Part shown: positions 29,774 through 39,311 of the stretch, one piece after another
Position numbering within the stretch: position 1 is the first letter of the stretch
Layout of the letters: each line of letters starts with the position of its first letter
DNA from: an uncultured Verrucomicrobiae bacterium
GTDB lineage: Bacteria > Verrucomicrobiota > Verrucomicrobiia > Chthoniobacterales > JAFAMB01
Length of the DNA: 64,000 bases
Assembly (NCBI GenBank): GCA_963837955.1
Contig: CAWIPH010000002.1
Span: 3,904,001-3,968,000, forward strand
Direction of reading: 5' to 3'
Made by a program: the position numbers and the translations under genes
The notes under the pieces: generated by a model
The model's input: only the letters and a program-made list of their open reading frames with translations
The model's database searches: none
Told to the model about the DNA's origin: nothing

Positions 29774-30028
29774 ATGCCACTAAGGTCCGCAGACGTCGCT
29801 GACAATCCACCGAATGCGGTGCTTACCCCTGAATGGTTAAGACTACCCGCCGCAATTAGTTACTCACAACTGAAAAAGTCCTTGTTATACGAATTGATGG
29901 CTTCGGGACAAATCAAATCCTTCTCGCTAAAAATTCGCCGCGATTCTCTGCGAGGAGCGAGGTTGATTTCGAAATCGTCAATCGACGAATTTTTAGCCCG
30001 GAAAGCTAGAGAGGCCGGGGCCGCATGA
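29774..30028 (+). CDS. AlpA/excisionase-like HTH protein
   Basis: EWLRLPAAISYSQLKKSLLYELMASGQIKS...RLISKSSIDEFL. Confidence 0.75.
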   Translation: MPLRSADVADNPPNAVLTPEWLRLPAAISYSQLKKSLLYELMASGQIKSFSLKIRRDSLRGARLISKSSIDEFLARKAREAGAA

Positions 30029-30510
30029 ACAGAGGAGGATCACCGCCTGAAAAAAAAGCGACCGGGCTGCTGCTAGCTCACCCGGTTCGCGGTAAAGGTC
30101 AAAGATTCCCGCGACTATTATCACCGCCGCCCGGCCTTAGCAAATACAGGGCGAATCGTCGCATGGTCGATTTGCTCGTGTTGAGTCCTATTTTTCCTGA
30201 TCTGGACCTTAGTCCAAGGCCGGGCGAAAACGCGGCGGACACTGTCTTCCAGCGTTTTTTGGCGCAGGCCGGGATCGCGGACTCCCTACTGACTGAGCGG
30301 ATTGCCGAACTCCTTGTTGATGAAATTAGGGAACGTCGCCGGCGTAATCTAGCAACCGTCCGCCAGCTGGTCGTGATGCTGAATCTGAACTATCCGGGCG
30401 CTGTTTTGGAAGTCGATTTCATTACAGCCTCACGTTGGATCGGTACAGCCCTCGCGGGCGAAAAGGCGAAGATTGTGAACCCGGCTTCACCCAGGAGGAG
30501 GGCGGAGTGA
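30025..30510 (+). CDS. Hypothetical protein
   Basis: ATGA/GTGA overlaps with both neighbours. Confidence 0.6.
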   Translation: MNRGGSPPEKKATGLLLAHPVRGKGQRFPRLLSPPPGLSKYRANRRMVDLLVLSPIFPDLDLSPRPGENAADTVFQRFLAQAGIADSLLTERIAELLVDEIRERRRRNLATVRQLVVMLNLNYPGAVLEVDFITASRWIGTALAGEKAKIVNPASPRRRAE

Positions 30511-31378
30511 ATTGGCGGGCATATGATAAACTCGTTGCGACAAGATTCGCAGCCGGTGAGCTCATTCGTTTCAATTGTGCCGCATGCGGTAAATCGTCGC
30601 TTGACCCGGTTGGAGCAGACACGGTAGGCAGACCGCTTTGCGAAGAATGCGCGGATCCGATCCCTCGGGAGGATGACGATCGGAAGCCGAACTTATCGCG
30701 ATTGCGCCGCGGCACTCGGTCGGAGTTCGATCAAGTCGCTCGAGTTAGGAATCTAGAAACGGCCGCGCTCGAGCGAGCTGACCGGATGGGAACGCTCCGC
30801 TTCGGGATTCTCTGCGGATTACGAAGCTGGATCCTTACCGATTGCAGCGGTTATTGCGCCGAGGGCCGTCCGGTCGACGGGAACCTATATCCGACGTTTA
30901 GAAGCAAGGACTTTGAGCTTGGCGAACGGAAGGCTCAAGCACGATTCGCGACAGTCAAAAATCTTGGCCGGTAGGCATTTTGCCCGCATCTGAATTTCGC
31001 GGCAACTTCAGTACTATCGCCCTGGTCGAGGGTGGTCCGGATTACCTAGCGGCTCTTCACTTCGCCTTGCGGCAAAAGCGCGAAAACATTCTGCCCCTCG
31101 CCATTCTCGGCCGTGGGGCCTGCCGGCAACTACACCGCGAATCGCTGTCCCATTTTGTCGGCAAACGCGTGCGCATCTACCCACACGTCGATCCGGATCT
31201 AGGTGGCCTGGAAAAAGCGGTTCAATGGGCTCGACAACTCGAAGAGCTTGGCTGCGAAGTCGACCTATTCCGCTTTGATGGCCTAAGCAAACGTAGTGGT
31301 CAGCCGGTGAAGGATCTCAACGATTGCGTCGATGTCTGCTCTGATCAGGAGCCTGAATTGGAGGCCTTGTTTTCATGA
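30507..31378 (+). pseudogene. Zn-finger + TOPRIM primase, split by one frameshift near 30940
   Basis: AGGAGG RBS and GTG 30507. CAAC...CEEC, then SWPVGIL, ALVEGGPDYLA, YPHVD and KDLND in the second frame. The frameshift may be a sequencing error. Confidence 0.75.
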
Positions 31379-32778
31379 TCCGCGTTCAGAATCCGAACGA
31401 TGCGGAAGAGGAGGTGTCTGCGAATAATAATCACTCACACGCCGGAAACACCGCGAAAAAGCCGAGACTTGGCGCTCCGCTGCACGTTAGTTGGGATGCC
31501 GAAGAAATTGTCTCGACGCTCGAGATTTACTATGACTCCAGTCGCACTTGTTTTTGGGCAAAGAACAATCGCGACGGCTGGATTCAAATCAAAGTCATGG
31601 ATGTCAGACGGTGGCTTGAGCAAGAAGGCTACCGCAGGACCGTTAAGAAGAATGAACGCGTATCCCAGATCGATTCTCTGCTTACGGCGATTCAGCGCTG
31701 CTGCGATGTTGACTATGCCGATTCCCTAGCCGGCTATCGAAAAGGCGTGTACGAGCTCGGCGGGAAACGCATTCTGGTGAAGGACTCGCCAGACCTGCTT
31801 CTTCCAAGGCCGGGCGCCTGGCCACTGCTCGGAGGCATTATCAACCGAATGCTCGGTAGGGAACAAGAAGTTTACTTTTTTGGCTGGCTGAAGGTTGGGG
31901 TTGAATCGCTCTACAGCGCCCGTTTCCGAGTTGGGCAGGCGCTCACTTTGGCCGGGCCGAAAGATTGTGGTAAGTCGCTTCTACAGAATCTGATTACAGA
32001 GATCTTCGGCAAGAGGAGCATGAAGCCTCACCGATACATGAGTGGAGCAACTCCGTTTAATGCCGACCTCTTTGGATGCGAACATCTAATTATCGAAGAC
32101 GAAGAGGCTTCAACGGACATTCGGGCGCGGCGCAACTTCGGCACCAAAATCAAAGAGATAACTGCCAACAATACTCATAGTTGTCACCCGAAATTCAGGC
32201 AGGCAATTAGCCTCTCACCGTTCTGGCGCCTCAGCATTTCAGTAAACAATGAGCCGGAGAATTTAATGATCCTGCCGCCCATCGACGAGAGCTTACAGGA
32301 TAAGTTAATCATTCTAAAGGCCGAACGTCACCCTATGCCGATGCCTTCGGCTAGTGACGACGAACGCGAGGCTTTCATGACAGCTTTAAGGGCTGAGCTG
32401 CCGCATTTTGTGGATTTCCTTAGTAACTGGACGATCCCCGATCAGTTAGTCTCACAGAGATACGGAATAACTCACTTCCACCATCCGGAGATTCTTGAAG
32501 CGCTCGGGACACTGGCACCCGAGACGCGACTGCTTGAGATTATTGATACTGAGCTTTTCGATTCGCTGGCTCCAGGCTCGTGGGAGGGATCGGCCTCCCA
32601 GCTTGAGAGACTGCTCACAAAGGAAAGCGCGCTAGTGAGACGTGAAGCAAACCGACTGTTTTCCTTTCCAACCGCCTGTGGAACTTACCTAGGACGATTG
32701 CAGAAAATTCATCCGAGGCGCTTCGAAAGTAGACACACTGAGAGAGGTAACATTTGGACAATCAACCCACCATCCTGA
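31375..32778 (+). CDS. Phage/plasmid replication NTPase (D5/SF3-like helicase)
   Basis: Walker A GPKDCGKS, Walker B LIIEDE, sensor SVNN. Confidence 0.8.
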   Translation: MIRVQNPNDAEEEVSANNNHSHAGNTAKKPRLGAPLHVSWDAEEIVSTLEIYYDSSRTCFWAKNNRDGWIQIKVMDVRRWLEQEGYRRTVKKNERVSQIDSLLTAIQRCCDVDYADSLAGYRKGVYELGGKRILVKDSPDLLLPRPGAWPLLGGIINRMLGREQEVYFFGWLKVGVESLYSARFRVGQALTLAGPKDCGKSLLQNLITEIFGKRSMKPHRYMSGATPFNADLFGCEHLIIEDEEASTDIRARRNFGTKIKEITANNTHSCHPKFRQAISLSPFWRLSISVNNEPENLMILPPIDESLQDKLIILKAERHPMPMPSASDDEREAFMTALRAELPHFVDFLSNWTIPDQLVSQRYGITHFHHPEILEALGTLAPETRLLEIIDTELFDSLAPGSWEGSASQLERLLTKESALVRREANRLFSFPTACGTYLGRLQKIHPRRFESRHTERGNIWTINPPS

Positions 32779-32936
32779 AGGCCTCGCCTTCAGTCACGAA
32801 AAAAGCCTTCAGCCTGGGAAACCTCTGCCAGACTCGATTTGCAATTCGTACTGAAGGCCTGAATACAAGTTTTTTATTAACACGTGCGCGCGTGTGTGTG
32901 CAGGCATGCATAACAAACCTGCCTTCAGGCCTTCAG
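32775..32936. other. Candidate iteron-type replication origin
   Basis: Six GCCTTCAG/CTGAAGGC octamers around an AT-rich tract, immediately after the helicase gene. Confidence 0.7.
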
Positions 32937-32951
32937 GAAAACCGAATTAGT

Positions 32952-33326
32952 ATGAACTTGCCGACCACCCAAGAAACTAACTATCCACCGTTGTTGGCTA
33001 CTCACATCGAGGCGCTCCAACGCTTCAAAAACGAACTGGAGCGACACAGGAGAGCATTTGAGGCTACTCCGGGTCATTTCACCGAAGGCGCGCTCGTGCA
33101 AGCTCTCAGCCAAACCTGGCGCGCTTATCGCGAAGCGTGGTTGGACTTGGATTTGCGAAGCATGAACCAACCGCTCGAGACTAGGCGAAAGATCGCCGCG
33201 GTCGCAATCGAGCCGCTTTTCAAAATTAAGCAGGATGCGGAAATCATAAAAACCGCAGTCGAGCACTTGCTCGTGCAAATCCCAAAGCTCATCGAAACGC
33301 TCATCACCTTTCGTCAACTGTACTGA
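32952..33326 (+). CDS. Hypothetical protein
   Basis: Helical ORF. ATG at 32952, just after the origin. Confidence 0.55.
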   Translation: MNLPTTQETNYPPLLATHIEALQRFKNELERHRRAFEATPGHFTEGALVQALSQTWRAYREAWLDLDLRSMNQPLETRRKIAAVAIEPLFKIKQDAEIIKTAVEHLLVQIPKLIETLITFRQLY

Positions 33327-33337
33327 AACCAACCCAA

Positions 33338-34177
33338 ATGAAGAAACAATCACAAACACCACCGGAGCTCATTGCATTGGCTGAAGATCTCGAGGTAAAG
33401 CATTCGACGGCAGCAGCGGCGTTGAATGAATTCAAACGACGCGAAGCCGAGCGCAATGAAGCAATTGCAAAACTAAAAACCGAAATAGCCGACTGCGAAT
33501 TCCAAGCGCGGGAGCTTTTGAATAGTGAAGGCAGTCCGAGCGAAATCGGCATGCGGAGACTAAAACTACTCAATACCGTTCCCGTTTTGGAACGGCGCAT
33601 TCAACTGCGAGAAAAGATTCCGGCCGGTGATCTTGATGCCTTGCGAGCTCCGCAGTCGGGATTTTTCCAACTCTATAATCGTTTGGCGGGCGCGCTTGTG
33701 CGAGTTGTGGAACGCCGGCGCCAGGCTTTACTGGATGAATTAGGGGTGATAGGGCCTGCCCCGATGCCGCCAAGAGACCTCCTGCAATCTGGATCTGCTC
33801 GGCTTGGCGTGCGATCTCCCGACCCAGACGTCCAACCCGCGCGCGTCGATCGCGAGCTTCAACAGTTTGAGGCGCTCGATTTCAAGCCGTGCACAGCGGA
33901 TCTTAGCAAGCCAACGCCGCACCAGATCGAGAGTGATCTTAAGGCCGCAGAAGAGAAGTTGCCGCTCTTGATTGATAAAATCCAGCAGTGCGGTGAAGCT
34001 TTGATGCTCGCGCAGATTGACGCTGAACCAGCAACATCCTTAGCACCTGGACTTAGTCTGCGAAATAGGGGCAATGCGATTTTAGCCGAACACAAGGCTC
34101 TCCAGGAAACGAAGAGCCCCGCATTAAAACCAAGCGACACGCCGCGGCACGTTCGGGCAGGGAGGTTTGCACTTTGA
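33338..34177 (+). CDS. Coiled-coil hypothetical protein
   Basis: 279-aa ORF, operonic with neighbours. Confidence 0.65.
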   Translation: MKKQSQTPPELIALAEDLEVKHSTAAAALNEFKRREAERNEAIAKLKTEIADCEFQARELLNSEGSPSEIGMRRLKLLNTVPVLERRIQLREKIPAGDLDALRAPQSGFFQLYNRLAGALVRVVERRRQALLDELGVIGPAPMPPRDLLQSGSARLGVRSPDPDVQPARVDRELQQFEALDFKPCTADLSKPTPHQIESDLKAAEEKLPLLIDKIQQCGEALMLAQIDAEPATSLAPGLSLRNRGNAILAEHKALQETKSPALKPSDTPRHVRAGRFAL

Positions 34178-34467
34178 ACGCGATCGATTGGGAAAAGTGT
34201 TTGGTGATAGCCGCCGCCCACGGTGCGGACCTCCTTGGCCGCAACAGTCCGCTGGCTGTGAAGAAGAAGAGCGGCGAACGGGCAGCCGGCGAGAAGTATT
34301 TCGAAGAAGGAGGGAAGGAAGCCAGCGAGACCGGCGCAGATGATCCCGATGAGGGCAACCCAAATTCCCAGCGCAAAAAGAAGGCTGCCTCGGCCACGCA
34401 AGAGGATCTGGACACCGAGAAAGAATGGCAGGCCCTTCTCGAAAGAGTGCGGAAGGGAGAGCTTTGA
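34174..34467 (+). CDS. Hypothetical charged protein
   Basis: GGAGG RBS and TTG start overlapping the upstream stop. Confidence 0.5.
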   Translation: MNAIDWEKCLVIAAAHGADLLGRNSPLAVKKKSGERAAGEKYFEEGGKEASETGADDPDEGNPNSQRKKKAASATQEDLDTEKEWQALLERVRKGEL

Positions 34468-34496
34468 ATCGATGGTGCTCTGGCCCTATATAGCGC

Positions 34497-34543
34497 GGGT
34501 CCTCCCAAGGGGGTGCCGCCAAAAACGGTGCCGCGGCATCGTT
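34497..34543 (+). other. Lambda-like cos site candidate (cosQ + cosN)
   Basis: GGGTCCT at 34497-34503 and AACG^GTGCCGCGGCAT^CGTT at 34524-34543, directly upstream of terS. Confidence 0.6.
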
Positions 34544-34595
34544 AATATGGCTTGTTGACTACGCTTTTTAAAATGGTTCGCGCTTCGTTTTAGTT

Positions 34596-35258
34596 ATGCC
34601 TGGCAGACGTAAAATTTACGGATTTAAGGGGAAACTCACTCAGCTGGTCAACACGCCGGTTCCGACTCAGGTTCTCGCCCACGCATGCGCCTGCTCGCCG
34701 CGGACGATCCAAGACTATGCTCGGCAAGGAATTATATCTCGCGCTCCGGACGAAACCGATCAACCAATGGTTGGCTACTGGCCACTGATTGATTCCGTTC
34801 GCGCCATTATGCACTGGAAGGAAAAAGCCTTCCTTAAACGCCGGCGCACATCGGGAAACCTCGACCAGGCGCGTTACGAAAAGTTGCAACTCGAGAGCGA
34901 GATTTTGCGCAAAAAACTCTCCGAGATGGAAGAGCGAGTTGCTCCGGTCGGGGCGGTCCTAGCGATCTGGGAAGACTGCGTCATGAGCTATAAGGGCCGG
35001 GCGCTCTCCGCGCCGGCACGCTATGCTCTGAAAGGTGTAGGTCTCCAGAATCCGGCCGAGGTCAATGAGTTCTTAAAGGGCATTATTGAGGAGATATTGA
35101 GTGAGTTTAAGCTCTACAGGGTCGATCATTATTTCGCTTCGCAGTTCGATCCCGGAGCTGCAGATCCTGTTAGCCCAAGCTTTAAACCGGCGAGCGATGA
35201 TGGCAGCGCCAGGCCGCCACAGACCGTTAGCCCGCGCCAAGGCGCGACCTCTATGTAA
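34596..35258 (+). CDS. Terminase small subunit, lambda Nu1-like
   Basis: N-terminal wHTH (LAHACACSPRTIQDYARQGII), then LDQARYEKLQLESEILRKKLSEMEERVAPV coiled coil and RALSAP. Confidence 0.7.
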   Translation: MPGRRKIYGFKGKLTQLVNTPVPTQVLAHACACSPRTIQDYARQGIISRAPDETDQPMVGYWPLIDSVRAIMHWKEKAFLKRRRTSGNLDQARYEKLQLESEILRKKLSEMEERVAPVGAVLAIWEDCVMSYKGRALSAPARYALKGVGLQNPAEVNEFLKGIIEEILSEFKLYRVDHYFASQFDPGAADPVSPSFKPASDDGSARPPQTVSPRQGATSM

Positions 35259-35284
35259 TCACTGACGACAGAACAAAGACTACT

Positions 35285-35731
35285 ATGTTACTTAATATCG
35301 ATCCGTACTTTGCTAAGATGCTGGGGCATCTAACTAACTCGCGCGAGGAAGCACCCAGAGGGCTTTCCTTGCATGTACACCCACGACGAAAGAAAAGGCG
35401 TGACTCCTTTGGGGTATCCAACAGCTCTTCGGCAAATAAAATCCGAAGCGCTGAAGACGTTCAGAGGTTGTATCCGACGGTCTATAACGAAGTTTTCAAC
35501 GCCGGCGTTCTACATGCGCGGGCCTTAGAACGCCGACGCATATCGACCCTGAATTCGTGGCGCACAGTCGCAACCGAGCAGATCGTCGATCGCGCAACTG
35601 CCAGTGGTGAGACACCCGAGCAGGTATTTCATGAAGTGTCGGCAGCGCAAGCCGAATGGCAATCGATACTTGATGTAGCGGCAGTCACCGGCCGGCGTCG
35701 TTTGCCAGGTCAGATCTGCGCGCGCGACTGA
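35285..35731 (+). CDS. Hypothetical protein resembling a capsid scaffold segment
   Basis: YPTVYNEVFNAG....ERRRI..L...IVDRATASGETPEQV. Confidence 0.45.
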   Translation: MLLNIDPYFAKMLGHLTNSREEAPRGLSLHVHPRRKKRRDSFGVSNSSSANKIRSAEDVQRLYPTVYNEVFNAGVLHARALERRRISTLNSWRTVATEQIVDRATASGETPEQVFHEVSAAQAEWQSILDVAAVTGRRRLPGQICARD

Positions 35732-35911
35732 ATTTCTATGAAGCATCGAATTCTGAAATTTGTTACTCTCTTTGATCAAGAAGGCCGGCAGAGTGTTTTC
35801 GATTTATTCGACGCCGCGTGATCGGTTGAGGAAAACTCAGCAGTAGTTGTGTCACCGTCGAGCGACGGGTTGGTCACGTCGTGAACCCCCTTTGACGCTC
35901 AGCGATGGGCG

Positions 35912-37388
35912 TTAACGCTTCAAGTCTTCCGCGATCGTCGCAAACTGCTCCAAGGCCGCTTCCAGTTCCTCGGCGATTTCGAGCGCGAGCACATCAGGAT
36001 CAGGCAGGTTGGCGCTGTCTTCGAGCGACTCATCCTTCAGCCAGAAAATATCGAGATTGACTTTGTCGCGTTTGAGCAGGTCTTCGTAGGAGAAGCTCTT
36101 GAAACGCTCGCTTTCAATGCGTTCGTGGCGGTTCTCTGGCGTGATAGCACGCGACGAAGTCATCAAGATCAGATCGTTTCAGAGCGTTCTCTTTGAGCGT
36201 GAAATGCTGGTTGGTTCGCAAATCGTAAATCCAGAGCTTATCGGTCCACGGTTTTTCGCTTGCGGGTTTGCGGTCGAAAAACAAGACGTTCGCCTTCACA
36301 CCTTGCGCGTAAAAGATTCCGGTCGGTAGACGAAGCAGGGTGTGAACATCGGCTTGCTTCAGCAGCTCGCGGCGGACCGTCTCTCCGGCGCCACCTTCGA
36401 AAAGGACATTGTCCGGCACAACGATGGCGGCGCGTCCATGTTGTTTCAGAATCGTAAAGACGTGCTGGAGGAAGTTGAGCTGTTTGTTGCTGGTCGTCGC
36501 CCAGAAATCGTCCCGGTGGACGATCAGCGATTGTTTTTCTTCGTCGCCGGCTTCATTGACGATCGTGACGCTGCTCTTCTTCCCGAACGGTGGATTGGTA
36601 AGGACCATCTCATATTCGCCGTGCTTCGCGCCGAGTGCGTCCTTCACCAGGATCGGCACAGACGCATCGTCGCCGCCGATGCCATGCAGTAGCAGATTCA
36701 TCGCGCAGAGCCGCGCCACGCCGTCCACGAGTTCCACGCCACGGAGTTGTTCCGCATTCAGGTAACGGAGTTGTGCCTTGTCGAGTGTTATGCCGACGAA
36801 TGAACTCGTGTGCCGCGAGCAGAAAGCCACCGGTGCCGCATGCTGGATCGCAGATGACAAACCGCTGTCTCGGTTCGGACCCGGCCTTGGCTGCATCACG
36901 TCCACGATCGCCTGGATCAACGGGCGCGGAGTAAAATACTGACCCGCGCCACCTTTAACATCTTCAGCATTTTTCTGCAGGAGCCCTTCGTAGGCGTCAC
37001 CTTTCACGTCGGTGCCAAGGCTTGACCATTCCTCTTTATCGATCAGGTCGGCGACCAACCGGCGCAGCTTGGCCGGATCTTGAACCTTGTTTTGTGCCTT
37101 GCGGAAGATGAGACCAAGTAATCCCGGCTTTCTTGCCGAGTTCCTCAAGCGTGTGCCGGTAATGGATCTCAAGCTCGTCGCCGTCAAGTTTCACCAGCTT
37201 GTCCCAGCCAAACTCCTTCGGGATCGGCGACGGTTTGTTGAATGGCGGACGGCTCTGCTCATCGGCCATTTAAGAAAGAGCAGAAACGTCAACTGCTCGA
37301 CGTAATCGCCGTATGACAGCCCGTCATCCCGGAGGATGTTGCAGTAGTTCCAGAGCTTTTGGACGATTTGATTTGGTTGGTTGGGCAT
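35912..37388 (-). pseudogene. hsdM: Type I RM methyltransferase, multiple frameshifts
   Basis: IVQKLWNYCNILRDDG, GAGQYFTPRPLI, LTNPPFG, VPDNVLFEGG and LDIFWLKD are spread across frames. Confidence 0.88.
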
Positions 37389-37429
37389 GATTTCAAAGCA
37401 GACGAATTACCCGGGGGGAGTTTAGCCGA

Positions 37430-38470
37430 TTAATCTGCGGAACGCGGAAGTCGGACCTCAATCACACTTTCTCTTTTCAATTTGTTAAGAACTCTCTCGG
37501 CATGTTGCCGTTGAACGCCATGACTAAAACAGAAGTGCACGAGATCCCGCTCGTCCTTAAGTTGTCCTGATCTGAGTAGGCCCTCTAGCTCGCGTTCAAA
37601 AGCAGTTATCTTGCTTGGCCTGAAGTTATCGAAAGGCAGTAGCATTTCTCCCGGGGACACGTTATCTCGATTAATATCAAAGTCGGCCTCTCCATTAATC
37701 GCGTCTTTATTCCACGCTACTTGGAGGAATTTGTCCATTCCTAGCGGGTGAGCCGAACCGAAGATAAGTCCGTAAATGTTGGGCCCCTTTCGGATTGAAA
37801 ACGGTGCAAGGTAGTAAGCAGAGAATTCGGTACTAAGTCGGTGTAATAGTCCAATGCTGCGCGATGCACTTGGTAATGGTCGTCTGGACGGGTGATCTTC
37901 TGCTTGATCGCAGGATGATCACGAAAGCGATAAAGAGTGGACGACGAAAGGAAAAACAGAAAATCGCACGTCGGCGAAGTGACTAAGCTGAGAAACACTT
38001 CCGGCGTGACCTGATCCACTCCGAATTGATCGATAAAGAGTAGCTTGGCGGCACTGTCGGTCTTCAAGGGCTGCATGCACAGTCGTGGAGCGCTTCTTCA
38101 AAAGCCAATGCTCTTATGTCAAGCTCCACTTCCGCAAACGCAATCCGAATTCTTCGATTTTTGCTTCAAGTTGTTTGATTTTTTTCGGGCTCTTGTCGAA
38201 GAAGTGAGCGTGGACTCTTACTTGAGGCCAACCAGAGAAACTTTGGTACTCCTTCAGCTGCTTAAGTAACCGGAGTGGACTACCCCACACACCGGTCGAA
38301 TCCGTTCCAGGTCCTGCGAAAAAATCTGAAGATGTGAATTGCTCCGATCTTGATGGCTTAGCGGGCGCCAAGAAAACCGGTAGCCACTCGCGGGTATACA
38401 GTTCGAAAATCTGCAGCTTCGTTAATGTGCCTTCATCGAACGGCCTATTGTGAAATCCGCCTCGAGGCAT
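37430..38470 (-). pseudogene. tcmP: Three-Cys-motif partner protein TcmP-like methyltransferase fold, frameshifted
   Basis: T.TKL.I...Y...W, DFFAGPG, GSPL and LFIDQFG across at least three frames. Confidence 0.75.
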
Positions 38471-39265
38471 CGGCTTCAGGTAAAGCGCAATTTCCTCACG
38501 CAAAGAAGAACGTGTAGCCACATCCGGAACCGGTGATCGAGTGCGCTCCGGAAATTCATCGTAGGTTCGTCCATCCAGTCGGCGACCTGTCTCGCTTTTT
38601 CGAACGCCGCCCCACTGCTTGAAGAAAAATGCAACCTTCGCTCTCTGGCATTGGTCCCGAAGGCTTCGGACCCACTCTTCCTTAATCGGGCGTGCGCCGG
38701 GTCCGCTCTCGCCACCAACTATGGCCCAGTCTATCTGGCGGAAATCGACCTTTCCCAAATCCTCTAACAAAGGCTCAATGGAAAGAAAGCGAACTCTCAC
38801 CGGTGCGGACCGCAGTACGTCGACCCGGGGAAGTCCGTGCTTGCGGTTCTCGACGCTCACACCCCACCAAATGTGCGGTTGTCGCGCGGTTTCTCGAAGG
38901 GAGGTTTTGAGGAGGGCAGCCATCCGTCCTGGGCGTTTGGTAAGGATCTGGTAGGTATGCCAATTGGCCAACATCATCACCCTAGCCACGGCGCCAATGT
39001 AGTCATCCGGGACATCTGGATGAAATAGGTCACTCATCGAATTCACAAAAACCATTCGCGAGCTACTCCATCGAAGCGGCTCGCCGAGTTTTTCGGGAAC
39101 GAGTCGGAGATCGAAACCGCGTTCAAATGGATGCCCGGGAACGCCGCGAAACCGCTCAGCAAATGTTTCCGCGTAACAGTTGGCGCAACCAGGGCTAATT
39201 TTCGAGCACCCACGCACGGGATTCCAAGTCGCATCGGTCCACTCAATCTTCGAGTTATCACTCAT
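38471..39265 (-). CDS. DUF5131 / phage Gp37Gp68 family protein
   Basis: SKIEWTDATWNPVRGCSKISPGCANCYAE, FVNSMSDLFH, LTKRP and GGESG. Reads in-frame into tcmP as assembled. Confidence 0.9.
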
Positions 39266-39311
39266 AAGGCTCTCAATTCCGAACGGATCATATCAACGTG
39301 CCGAAATAAGA

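Noticed and set aside
30930..30980. Programmed frameshift in the primase
   Set aside because: No clear slippery heptamer at the inferred shift point, and the island has many other indels. Error or mutation is more likely.
27762..35731. Complete prophage or conjugative element
   Set aside because: No recognisable terL, portal, capsid, tail, lysis, relaxase or T4SS genes.
38114..39265. Genuine DUF5131-TcmP fusion protein
   Set aside because: An out-of-frame TGA lies 5 nt before the tcmP ATG (38470) and the region is indel-rich, so the fusion is probably an artefact.
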